A model generated the notes under the pieces. The model ran no database searches. It saw nothing but the letters and a program-made list of their open reading frames with translations, and was not told the DNA's origin. The translations under genes and the position numbers were made by a program. This document shows positions 49,446-58,182 of a stretch of DNA of 64,000 nucleotides, in pieces (positions within the stretch are counted from its first letter, which is position 1; each line of letters begins with the position of its first letter). The stretch comes from Micavibrio sp. (GTDB lineage Bacteria; Patescibacteriota; Minisyncoccia; Moranbacterales; GCA-2747515), in NCBI GenBank assembly GCA_020718085.1, contig DYDB01000001.1, forward strand, positions 117,902-181,901, given 5' to 3'.

Positions 49446-49784
49446 ATGAGAATAGAAAATGGAAAAATTGAGGGAGATTTAATAGTTGATACAGGTATAG
49501 ATTTGCGCGGAATGGTCACTGGTAATGTTTTTGTAACGAATGGTTCAAATTTTATACTGCACGGTCAGGTGTGTGGAGATTTGATAATTGAAGATGATGC
49601 TAATGTTATGATATTTGGGCAAGTCGTTGGAGACGTTATCAATAATGGGAATAAACTTGAAGTCATGGGAGTAATTTCTGGATCTCTGATAAACAACTCT
49701 AGAAAATCAAAAATAGCATCAAGCGCAAGTATCGGTAAATTTATCGAATATGACAAAAAAATTCAATCCATTTGTACCACATAG
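49446..49784 (+). CDS. bactofilin-like beta-helical repeat protein (cassette I)
   Basis: 112 aa; repeated G-x-V/I-x-G-D/N-V/I units (GMVTGNVFV, GQVCGDLII, GQVVGDVIN, GVISGSLIN) resembling the bactofilin/CcmA DUF583 beta-helix. Confidence 0.45.
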   Translation: MRIENGKIEGDLIVDTGIDLRGMVTGNVFVTNGSNFILHGQVCGDLIIEDDANVMIFGQVVGDVINNGNKLEVMGVISGSLINNSRKSKIASSASIGKFIEYDKKIQSICTT

Positions 49785-51009
49785 TCCTGTTTATAATGAC
49801 ATGTTTGCTGGTAGAATGACGGAAATAGAACATATAGATAATGCATTATATCAAGCAAAGAAAGGAAATCCGACACATATAATGTTGACTGGCGAAAGAG
49901 GCATTGGTAAAACTTCTCTGCTTTTGTTAGCCAAATTCTTTGCAAATGGAGAAATTATTTATGATGATGCTTCGCATAATTTTCTGACTGTGCAAGTAAC
50001 GTTGACGAACAAAATGTCCATTGTTGATCTTGCTGTTTCTCTAAAAAAGAACATTAAACGTGAAATTGATAAACGAGATCCTGACAGCGCATTGATAAAA
50101 AAATGTTGGAATTATTTTTTAAAAATAGAAGCTTGTGGATTAGCTTTTAGGGGAGATAAAAGTGAGGAAACTACGTTTCAAAAAGATCAAGTAGTAGATG
50201 AATTTATATACGCATTAGTTGATACAGTAAAGAATGTCACGGGTGATTCATTAGCAACAGACATGGGATTGAAAAGTCCATTGGATGGCCTGGTGGTGTT
50301 AATTGATGAGGCAGATAATGCAAATGCGGATTTGGATCTCGGTGTATTTTTAAAGAAGGTTAACGAAACTCTTGTATCAGAGAGGTGTAATAATGTAATG
50401 TTTTTACTAGCAGGGTTGCCTAATCTACATGAGGTGTTAAGCAAAAGTCACGAATCATCTTTAAGATTATTTAAAAATTATAATTTGGATCCACTTACAA
50501 GAGCTGAGGTAACACAAGTAATGAAAAGTGGATTGAGCGAGTATTATGATGAGACTGGTGAAAAAGTTACAATTGATGACGATGCATTAAGACTCATATA
50601 TCTATATTCTGAAGGCTATCCTCATTTTGTCCAGCAAATTGGTCATTCAATATTTGAAAATTTAAAAGGAAATAAAATTATAGAAACTGATGTACGAAAA
50701 AGCTTTTTAGGAAAAAATGGTGCATTGAAACTTATTGGTGATCGATATTATTATAAGATTTTTTACATTGATATAAAAACAGATGTTCAGAGAAAAATAT
50801 TATCGATTATGGCAGAAAATTGGGATGAATGGGTGGATAGAGATTTTATTAAAAGGCGTTACAAAGGTAAAGTGGCAACATTAGATAGTGGATTAAAATC
50901 ACTGAGAGAAAAAAATATCATCTTATCTCGCAAAGGTAAGAGGGGTCAGTATAGGTTACAATGGGCAAGCTTTGCTTTTTGGATAAAAAAACATAAAGAA
51001 ATGCAGTAA
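49750..51009 (+). CDS. AAA+ ATPase, archaeal-ATPase/AAA_16-like, with C-terminal winged-helix-like region (cassette J)
   Basis: IMLTGERGIGKTSLL Walker A, VVLIDEADNA Walker B; N-terminal NPFVP..P....FAGR..E pattern of ATPase_2/AAA_16 proteins; 35-nt overlap with upstream gene; GC clearly lower than flanks. Confidence 0.6.
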   Translation: MTKKFNPFVPHSPVYNDMFAGRMTEIEHIDNALYQAKKGNPTHIMLTGERGIGKTSLLLLAKFFANGEIIYDDASHNFLTVQVTLTNKMSIVDLAVSLKKNIKREIDKRDPDSALIKKCWNYFLKIEACGLAFRGDKSEETTFQKDQVVDEFIYALVDTVKNVTGDSLATDMGLKSPLDGLVVLIDEADNANADLDLGVFLKKVNETLVSERCNNVMFLLAGLPNLHEVLSKSHESSLRLFKNYNLDPLTRAEVTQVMKSGLSEYYDETGEKVTIDDDALRLIYLYSEGYPHFVQQIGHSIFENLKGNKIIETDVRKSFLGKNGALKLIGDRYYYKIFYIDIKTDVQRKILSIMAENWDEWVDRDFIKRRYKGKVATLDSGLKSLREKNIILSRKGKRGQYRLQWASFAFWIKKHKEMQ

Positions 51010-51275
51010 GTAAAAATCTTGCATTTTTCCTTCATTCGAATACTATATTAGTCATAATTATATAGTATGTTTTACAATCCTAATAAGTTATGCGAAGAAG
51101 CACTTATCGATATATTCCAGATAATGAAGTAAATTCGAAAAGTGCAACAATTAAAGCAGAAAAATAAATTCTGTTTTCTTATTCGTGATTATGAATATAG
51201 CTATTTGAAGAAAAATTAAACTCTTCTTCAAAACAAAAAAACGTTCCGAAAGGATAGGTTGATAGGATTCGAACT

Positions 51276-51866
51276 CTATGAAATCTTCTCACGATTGTTA
51301 ATCGCACTACGAATTGTCATGTCGTCTGCATATTCAATATCCGAGCCTGTGGCGAGTCCACGCACAAGTCGTGAAATGTGAATATCTTTATTTGCACGCA
51401 CGAACATATCTTGTAAATACATTGCTGTCAGATCTCCTTCTGTGGTGAAATTGGTCGCGATAATGATCTCTGTGAAACCATTTTGTAGCACTCTCTTGAG
51501 AAGTGGTTCGATTGAGAGGTGATGCGTGTCCTGTTTTTTGATCGTGCCACCGAGGACGTGATACATGCCATTGTATGCACGAGATCGTTCGATCGGGAGA
51601 ATGTCCAACGATTCTTCCACAATGCATAACTGCGTATGATCACGCGAAGAATCTGCACAGATCTTGCATTGGTCACTTTCAGCGATATTGAAACACGTTT
51701 TGCATGATGTGATGTCTTTGATGCGGAGCAGGTCACGTGCAAAATCATCTATGCGATCTGAACTGTTTTTGTACAGATGAAGCACGAGTCGTTCCGCCAT
51801 TTTGGGACCGATGCCTGGGAGACTGTTGAAATGATCGATCAATTTTTGAAATGATGAGGGGTACAT
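51276..51866 (-). CDS. recR: recombination protein RecR
   Basis: HhH (LPGIGPKMAERL), C4 zinc finger (CKTCFNIAESDQCKIC), Toprim domain. Confidence 0.92.
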   Translation of the reverse strand: MYPSSFQKLIDHFNSLPGIGPKMAERLVLHLYKNSSDRIDDFARDLLRIKDITSCKTCFNIAESDQCKICADSSRDHTQLCIVEESLDILPIERSRAYNGMYHVLGGTIKKQDTHHLSIEPLLKRVLQNGFTEIIIATNFTTEGDLTAMYLQDMFVRANKDIHISRLVRGLATGSDIEYADDMTIRSAINNREKIS

Positions 51867-51912
51867 TTTTATTAATGAATAATTAATAATGAAAAATGAT
51901 ATTTACATGTGA

Positions 51913-51938
51913 GATCTTTCGACTTCGCTCAAGATGAC
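51913..51938. repeat. inverted copy of the GTCATCCTGAGCGAAGTCGAAGGATC repeat
   Basis: GATCTTTCGACTTCGCTCAAGATGAC is the reverse complement of 45504-45529 with 2 mismatches. Confidence 0.6.
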
Positions 51939-51986
51939 ACGCTCTTTTGTAAACTGTAAATTGAGAATTGAAAATTATTGCACATG

Positions 51987-53336
51987 TTATTCGTGGTGTT
52001 GCATCATGTGGTGTTTTTCGAGACTTTTGTATGATGCGGCTTCTTCGTGGAAGTAGAGTTGTTTGGAACCTACTGGGCCGTTACGGTGTTTAGCGATGAT
52101 GATCTCTGCAACCCCTTTATTTTCTGTGTCGGGATTGACGCGGTCTTCACGATAGATGAACATAACCACGTCAGCATCCTGCTCGATGGATCCGGATTCA
52201 CGAAGGTCGGAGAGTTTTGGACGTTGATCGGGACGTGATTCTACAGCACGGGACAACTGGGAGAGTGCAACGATTGGGATATTTAATTCTTTGGCGAGCA
52301 TTTTGAGACCGCGGGAAATTTCGGAGATCTCTTGTACGCGGTTTTCATTGCCTCTGCCTTCCATAAGCTGGAGGTAGTCGATGATGATGAGTCCCAGATT
52401 ATGTTCTGCCTGGAGACGACGTGCCATTGTGCGCATTTCCATGATATTGGCACTTGAGGTGTCATCGATGAAGATCGGTGCTTCGGACAGTGTGCCCATT
52501 GCTTCGTTGATTTTGGTAAAATCAGAATCCTTGAGATTGCCGGTGCGAAGTCGCCAGAGGTCGAGATTGGACTCAGCGGCGATCATACGATCGACCAACT
52601 GGTCCGCGGACATTTCCAGTGAGAAGATGCCCACAGGAATGCGTGCGAGCGTGCCTACTTGGCGTGCGATATCAAGCGCGAGCGATGTCTTACCGACAGA
52701 TGGACGGGCAGCGAGGATGATGAGATCGGATTTTTGCAGTCCGGAAAGAAGATCATCCAAATCAGGAAATCCCGTAGGTACACCGCGCATGACGCCTTTA
52801 TTTTTATGTAGATCATCCAAACGATCAAATGCCTCACCCAAAATTGTTTTGATGGAGGTGAATTCTTGCTTGAGTGATTTTTGAGAAACGCTGAAGATCT
52901 TTTGTTCCGCATCATCCAAAACCTTTTCAATATCTTCCGCTTCATTGTAGCCAAGTTCATTGATCTCTGACGCAACGCCGATGAGACGTCGCAATACGGA
53001 TTTTTTTTGAATGATCTTTGCATAGTACGTGATATTGGATGCGCTAGTGACACCACGTACAAGAGAGGCGAGATAGGATGCACCACCGATCGACTCGATG
53101 CGCTTTGTTTCTTCGAGCGCATTGGAAAGACTGAGCACATCGATGGGATCATTGTGTTCGTAGAGTTTGAGCATCGCATCATAAATGACATTGTGGGCTT
53201 CTTTGTAAAAATCACCAACGCCAATCGTATCTGCAATTTTTGTGATCGCGTCTTTGTCGACCATGAGGGCGCCAAGAACGGTTTTTTCTGCTTCCATCGC
53301 ATGCGGGGGCATGCGTGTGTCTGTATTTTCTGCCAT
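51987..53336 (-). CDS. dnaB: replicative DNA helicase DnaB
   Basis: N-terminal PHAMEAEKTVLGALM; RecA-like domain with ARPSVGKTSLAL Walker A and IIIDYLQLM. Confidence 0.93.
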   Translation of the reverse strand: MAENTDTRMPPHAMEAEKTVLGALMVDKDAITKIADTIGVGDFYKEAHNVIYDAMLKLYEHNDPIDVLSLSNALEETKRIESIGGASYLASLVRGVTSASNITYYAKIIQKKSVLRRLIGVASEINELGYNEAEDIEKVLDDAEQKIFSVSQKSLKQEFTSIKTILGEAFDRLDDLHKNKGVMRGVPTGFPDLDDLLSGLQKSDLIILAARPSVGKTSLALDIARQVGTLARIPVGIFSLEMSADQLVDRMIAAESNLDLWRLRTGNLKDSDFTKINEAMGTLSEAPIFIDDTSSANIMEMRTMARRLQAEHNLGLIIIDYLQLMEGRGNENRVQEISEISRGLKMLAKELNIPIVALSQLSRAVESRPDQRPKLSDLRESGSIEQDADVVMFIYREDRVNPDTENKGVAEIIIAKHRNGPVGSKQLYFHEEAASYKSLEKHHMMQHHE

Positions 53337-53580
53337 AGGGGAACGGTTTTATAAACTAGTGTATTTATTATAGCAGAAATACCCAGAAACCGTCTGTTCA
53401 CAACGTGTGTACAGAATGTGGGTATTTTTTTGGCTTAAATGGTCGATTTTTGGTCATTTTGCCATGAAGATATTGACAGAACTAGTACTTCATGATACAA
53501 TACACAGTCATCTTTATAAGAGTGATTTTCTTATGGAATTTTGCTATTATAAGATAAATTATTCATTAGTATATGTATAT

Positions 53581-54117
53581 ATGCAAAAAATGAACATTAT
53601 AGTTGCGATTTGTGCAGCTTTTATCGGTACAGTGATCGCTACACAGGTCCATGCGGCAACAATTGGAAATACTGTGTGGCATGATCGCAATGCAAACGGC
53701 GTACAAGATGCCGGAGAAGAAGGTATTGCAAATGTGCGCGTAAAACTCTACAACGGTGACGAAGTAGAGACAGATCGCACAAATTCTTCTGGGCGATATA
53801 AATTTGATGATCTTGAACCGGGACAATATACGATCGTTGTGGCACAAGAAACATTGCCAGCAGGTTGTCGTCCAACATATGATCGTGATGGAAATAAAAA
53901 TGGTGTGTACAGCGATAAATATCTTCATGAGGAAGACAAATTTACGCATGCAGACTTTGGGTACAAATGTACACAAGCAACAACATCACATGCACGTAAG
54001 ATCTCTCCTGCAACAGGTGCAGGCACTGTATCTGCGGTAATTGCAACAGCTGTTGCTGTAGCTATTGGTGCATATGTATATCGTCGTCGTACGATCAAAA
54101 ATATTCTACAAAAATAA
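53581..54117 (+). CDS. SdrD B-like (Cna-B-type) domain surface protein with sortase-type tripartite C-terminal signal
   Basis: Signal peptide; GNTVWHDRNANGVQDAGEEGIANVRVKLYNGD...SSGRYKFDDLEPGQYTIVV; C-terminus SPATGAG plus hydrophobic helix plus RRRTIKN. Confidence 0.6.
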   Translation: MQKMNIIVAICAAFIGTVIATQVHAATIGNTVWHDRNANGVQDAGEEGIANVRVKLYNGDEVETDRTNSSGRYKFDDLEPGQYTIVVAQETLPAGCRPTYDRDGNKNGVYSDKYLHEEDKFTHADFGYKCTQATTSHARKISPATGAGTVSAVIATAVAVAIGAYVYRRRTIKNILQK

Positions 54118-54231
54118 TTACACAGAGAACAAAAAATGCAACAAAAGACTTGCTATAATAGGCAAGTCTTTTGTATAGCACGCTTTATGATCATGGTGTA
54201 TAATTGAAAACACATGTTCGTTGATATTATT

Positions 54232-54591
54232 GGAAGTTCGTCGGATGACAGCTCTACGGAGAGGAAAGTCCGGACACCTGCACGCCTTTGGCGTGTATAA
54301 CGGTAGTGGGTAATACCCACCTAGAGTGATCTACGAGGTGCGAGCAGTGACGCATAGAACCGCAAGGTTGTATGACCCAGTTTCTCTTTGAGACGGGGAT
54401 ATGCTCATAGTAATATGAGAGTGAAACGGCTAAATCTTTACCAAGGTGCAAGATCGTGTCACGCACCCAAAAACACCAAAGTTTTTTGATGTTCTTGGGT
54501 GCGTGAAGAATCGCAAAGACGCATATGGCAACATAGGCGCAAGACAGATTGTCATCTTCAACGACAGAATCCGGCTTACAGATGATCTTCC
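54232..54591 (+). ncRNA. rnpB: RNase P RNA (bacterial type A)
   Basis: P4 strands GAGAGGAAAGTCCGGACACC (5-prime) and ACAGAATCCGGCTTACAG (3-prime) match universally conserved RNase P RNA sequences; GGAAG...CTTCC P1 pairing; TATAAT at about 54199. Confidence 0.85.
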
Positions 54592-54652
54592 AATAATGCA
54601 AATGAACAAGTATATATAATTATGATCGATATTTGATAGAATATTTATTTTT

Positions 54653-56077
54653 ATGAAAAAATCAGAATTACTTTTTAGTATCATGCAGGTATTCATGGAC
54701 TTCGCACTTCTCGTTTGTGGTGCGCTTGTGGCCTATAGATTACGTGACACGACACAGATCCAAAGTTTGATCAATAAGGAGGGTTTGTACAATGTATCAC
54801 TTGAACAATATGTACAACTCACCATACTGGTGGCGATCGTTGCTGTGATCGTTTATGCATTTGAGGGCTTGTACAATATACGTTCCACGAGACATTTTTG
54901 GCAGGAATCTTATGCGGTCTTCAAAGGATCGACGATCGTCATCGTGATGGTGATGATCGGGTTCTTCTTGCAACGTGAGTGGTTTTCTTCTCGATTTATC
55001 ATCGTTTCGGCGTGGGGATTGGCAATTGTTTTTGTATGTTTTGGTCGCGTATTTTTGCATGGATTGCAAAAATACTTTTTGGTATACAAGGGCATCGGTG
55101 TGCATCGCGTGCTTCTCGTGGGAGCAGGTGAAAAAATGAAATACATTTGCAGTGTGATCCGCGCACAGAAACATTTGGGTTATCGCATTGTGGACCATGT
55201 AGAGTACATCAATATTCCACAGATCAAGAGCATTCACAAGTTACAAGGCATTGATGAGGTGATCGTACATGAATCATCACTTCCGGATGATCTTTTGATC
55301 AAGCTGCATGACTTTTGTGAGATCAATAATATTACGTATAAATATATGCCGTCATCTTTGCAGGCGACGCGCTTTGAGATGTCCATGTTTGCCGGTGAAC
55401 CATTAATTGAACATTTGCATACACCGCTTGACGGATGGGGAAAGATCATCAAGAGAGTGATGGATATCATCATTTCCGGTGTACTTATCATATTCACGAG
55501 TCCGATCATGCTCATCTCCGCTCTTTTGGTAAAGCTGGAAAATGTGCATGCGCCGATCGTATTCAAAAATGCCCGTATCGGTGCCGATGGAAAAGAATTT
55601 AACGTCTACAAATTTCGTTATATGAAATGGCAGTGGTGTACAACAAAGAAAAATCCCGACTGGGAAAAGGCAATGGCTTATGAAAAAGAACTGATCGCAA
55701 AACGATCTGTGCGCGTAGGTCCGATTTACAAGATCAAAGATGATCCGCGAAAGTCATGGATCGGCAAATTTCTCGAGAGATTCTCACTTGATGAGTTCCC
55801 ACAATTTTTTAATGTATTTTTGGGTGATATGAGCTTGGTGGGACCGCGACCGCATCAAGGACGTGAAGTGGAAAAATATCGTGAATATCATCGTCGTCTC
55901 CTCACGATCAAGCCGGGTATTTCTGGTATGGCACAAATTTCCGGACGTAGTGATCTGAATTTTGAAGATGAATATCGATTGGATGTGTATTACATCGAAC
56001 ATTGGTCGATCCTTCTTGATCTCAAAATACTTCTCAAAACACCATTTGCTGTTTTGCGTTCACGCAACAATTCATAG
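54653..56077 (+). CDS. polyprenyl-phosphate hexose-1-phosphate transferase (WbaP/WcaJ-like bacterial sugar transferase)
   Basis: 474 aa; N-terminal multi-TM; C-terminal domain with FRYMKW, LDEFPQFFNVFLGDMSLVGPRP motifs. Confidence 0.85.
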   Translation: MKKSELLFSIMQVFMDFALLVCGALVAYRLRDTTQIQSLINKEGLYNVSLEQYVQLTILVAIVAVIVYAFEGLYNIRSTRHFWQESYAVFKGSTIVIVMVMIGFFLQREWFSSRFIIVSAWGLAIVFVCFGRVFLHGLQKYFLVYKGIGVHRVLLVGAGEKMKYICSVIRAQKHLGYRIVDHVEYINIPQIKSIHKLQGIDEVIVHESSLPDDLLIKLHDFCEINNITYKYMPSSLQATRFEMSMFAGEPLIEHLHTPLDGWGKIIKRVMDIIISGVLIIFTSPIMLISALLVKLENVHAPIVFKNARIGADGKEFNVYKFRYMKWQWCTTKKNPDWEKAMAYEKELIAKRSVRVGPIYKIKDDPRKSWIGKFLERFSLDEFPQFFNVFLGDMSLVGPRPHQGREVEKYREYHRRLLTIKPGISGMAQISGRSDLNFEDEYRLDVYYIEHWSILLDLKILLKTPFAVLRSRNNS

Positions 56078-56085
56078 TATAATGG

Positions 56086-56457
56086 ATGCATAATTATAAA
56101 TATGCATATTATATGAGATATGTTATCAAACTCCTTCTCGTTGCTGGATCATTACTGGTCGCTTCGCATTTTGTAGACGGAATCACAATTGATCGTTTTT
56201 GGCCAACGGCGATCATCGCTGCGCTTGTCCTTGGATTCTTGAATAGTGTGCTCAGGCCTATATTAAAGACCCTATCTTTGCCAATCAATGTGCTTACACT
56301 TGGTCTGTTTGGTTTTTTGATCAATATTTTTATATTTTGGCTTTTGACATTTGTACCGGGCGTTGCGATCGACGGTTTCATGGCGGCGATGTGGGGCGTG
56401 ATCATTGTGTCAATTATGGGATGGGTGATCGATATGGTTACGCAAAAGAAAGAATAA
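56086..56457 (+). CDS. small membrane protein, DUF360/holin-family-IV-like
   Basis: 123 aa, 4 TM, GFLNSVLRPIL...LTLGLFGFLIN pattern. Confidence 0.5.
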   Translation: MHNYKYAYYMRYVIKLLLVAGSLLVASHFVDGITIDRFWPTAIIAALVLGFLNSVLRPILKTLSLPINVLTLGLFGFLINIFIFWLLTFVPGVAIDGFMAAMWGVIIVSIMGWVIDMVTQKKE

Positions 56458-56458
56458 C

Positions 56459-57577
56459 ATGAAAATTGCATTGGTACATGATTATCTCGTACAACACGGA
56501 GGCGCGGAAAAAGTGTTGGAATGTTTTTGTGAACTTTTTCCTACGGCGCCTGTTTTTACATTGATCTATGATCGTGATGCGATGGGCAAAACATTTGCAG
56601 ATCGTACGATCTACACATCGCGTTTGCAAAAAATACCTTTTGCACAAAAAAAACATCGTATCTTTCCACTTCTTATGCCTATGGCAATCGAGGAGTTTGA
56701 TCTATCGCAGTATGACATCGTCCTATCTGACTCTTCCAGTTTTGCAAAGGGTATTATCACGCGACCGGAAACCCTGCACGTGTCATATGTGCATACGCCG
56801 ATGCGTTATGCATGGGACGATTGTCAGAAATACACAACCGATTTCGGTTTCCCAAAAATAGTGGAGCGCATTGTGCCGTTCATGATGAATGTCGTACGTG
56901 TGTGGGATCGTGTGAGCAGTGATCGTGTCGACCAGTATATCGCAAATTCAAAATTCGTCTCGCGACGCATTAAAAAATATTACAATAAGGATGCGATAGT
57001 CATAAATCCTCCCGTGGATACAAAGAACTTTTATGTAGATCACGCCACGGAGCATGAGGAATACTACTTGATGGTGGGACGATTGATCGCATATAAAAGA
57101 CATGACATTGCCATTGAGGCATTTAATCGTTCCGGTTTACCGCTGAAGATCATCGGACGTGGACCGGAGTTGGCTGCTCTCAAGCGCATTGCCAAACCAA
57201 ATATTGAGTTTTTGGAACGTGTGGATGACAAAGCACTTGCACGGTATTATGCACACGCCAAGGCATTTATTTTTCCACAGGAAGAGGATTTCGGCATTGT
57301 TGCGATCGAAGCGATGGCCTCAGGCAGGCCGATCATTGCATACCATGGAGGAGATATTGTGGAAAATCTGGAAGAAGGGAAGACAGGAGTTTTCTTTTAC
57401 GAGCAAACACCGGAAGCTCTGATAGAAGCGGTAAAAAAAGCGGAGACATGTACTTTTGATAGGGATTATATCAGAAAGCACGCACTGCAATTTGACAGAG
57501 AAATTTTTAAGCGTACAATGAAAGACTACATTGGCGCTGCATATGAAAAGCATATGCAAAAAAGAGCACAATATTAA
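56459..57577 (+). CDS. GT4-family glycosyltransferase
   Basis: 372 aa GT-B fold; C-terminal E-x7-E-like region (EEDFGIVAIEAMASGRPII). Confidence 0.8.
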   Translation: MKIALVHDYLVQHGGAEKVLECFCELFPTAPVFTLIYDRDAMGKTFADRTIYTSRLQKIPFAQKKHRIFPLLMPMAIEEFDLSQYDIVLSDSSSFAKGIITRPETLHVSYVHTPMRYAWDDCQKYTTDFGFPKIVERIVPFMMNVVRVWDRVSSDRVDQYIANSKFVSRRIKKYYNKDAIVINPPVDTKNFYVDHATEHEEYYLMVGRLIAYKRHDIAIEAFNRSGLPLKIIGRGPELAALKRIAKPNIEFLERVDDKALARYYAHAKAFIFPQEEDFGIVAIEAMASGRPIIAYHGGDIVENLEEGKTGVFFYEQTPEALIEAVKKAETCTFDRDYIRKHALQFDREIFKRTMKDYIGAAYEKHMQKRAQY

Positions 57578-57588
57578 AAATAATATCT

Positions 57589-58170
57589 ATGGAATTATAT
57601 AATTTTTTTGACATTTTTTGTGTTCATAAGAAACTTTTTTGGGGCATTATCCTTGTAAGCGTTGTGTGTGGCGCTCTCTATTTTTTATTGCAAGAGCAGA
57701 ATTATAAGACATCATTGGTCCTCAATGTAACGCGTGATGTGTCAAATGTGCAGCAAAATGAATACACATATGATGATTTTTATCGCTTACAAGCAGATGA
57801 GCGCTTTGCCGATACGGTTGTGCAGTGGATCAAGTCTCCTTTTATAAGAGCGGAAATTAAAAATGTACAAGGTAAAATGACCGCCAAAAGACTCTCATCA
57901 CAAGTGATCGATGTGCGTTTTACGACGGCAACGCGTGCACATGCAGAAACTGTCGCTCATGATCTGATAGATGTGCTCAATCAAGAGTCGCATAAGTTAA
58001 ATGATAAGCAGGCGCAAGATCACTGGTTTATTATCCAAGGAAGCACACCGACCGTCACCGATGGTCGTTACACGCTGTTTTTTCTTACAGGGCTAAGCGG
58101 AGCGTTGGGATTTTTTGTGGCATTTTGGGCTGTGTTGTTGCGACATTATGTCAATGGATTTAGGAAATAA
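57589..58170 (+). CDS. Wzz-like polysaccharide chain-length-determinant-type membrane protein (tentative)
   Basis: 193 aa; TM at each end with soluble middle; position within glycosyltransferase cluster. Confidence 0.35.
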   Translation: MELYNFFDIFCVHKKLFWGIILVSVVCGALYFLLQEQNYKTSLVLNVTRDVSNVQQNEYTYDDFYRLQADERFADTVVQWIKSPFIRAEIKNVQGKMTAKRLSSQVIDVRFTTATRAHAETVAHDLIDVLNQESHKLNDKQAQDHWFIIQGSTPTVTDGRYTLFFLTGLSGALGFFVAFWAVLLRHYVNGFRK

Positions 58171-58182
58171 GAATCGTGTGTT

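Noticed and set aside
51250-51280. tRNA-like GGATTCGAAC fragment just downstream of the recR stop
   Set aside because: Resembles the reverse complement of a T-arm, but no acceptor, D or anticodon arms can be assembled. Possibly a relic att site; not called as tRNA.
52381-53401. Two ORFs (52381-52884 plus, 52655-53401 minus) overlapping dnaB
   Set aside because: dnaB is unambiguous on the minus strand across this span. The 248-aa same-strand ORF is an alternative frame and the plus-strand ORF is antisense.
54254-54601. 115-aa minus-strand ORF
   Set aside because: Lies entirely within the RNase P RNA gene, whose conserved P4 sequences are present; spurious.
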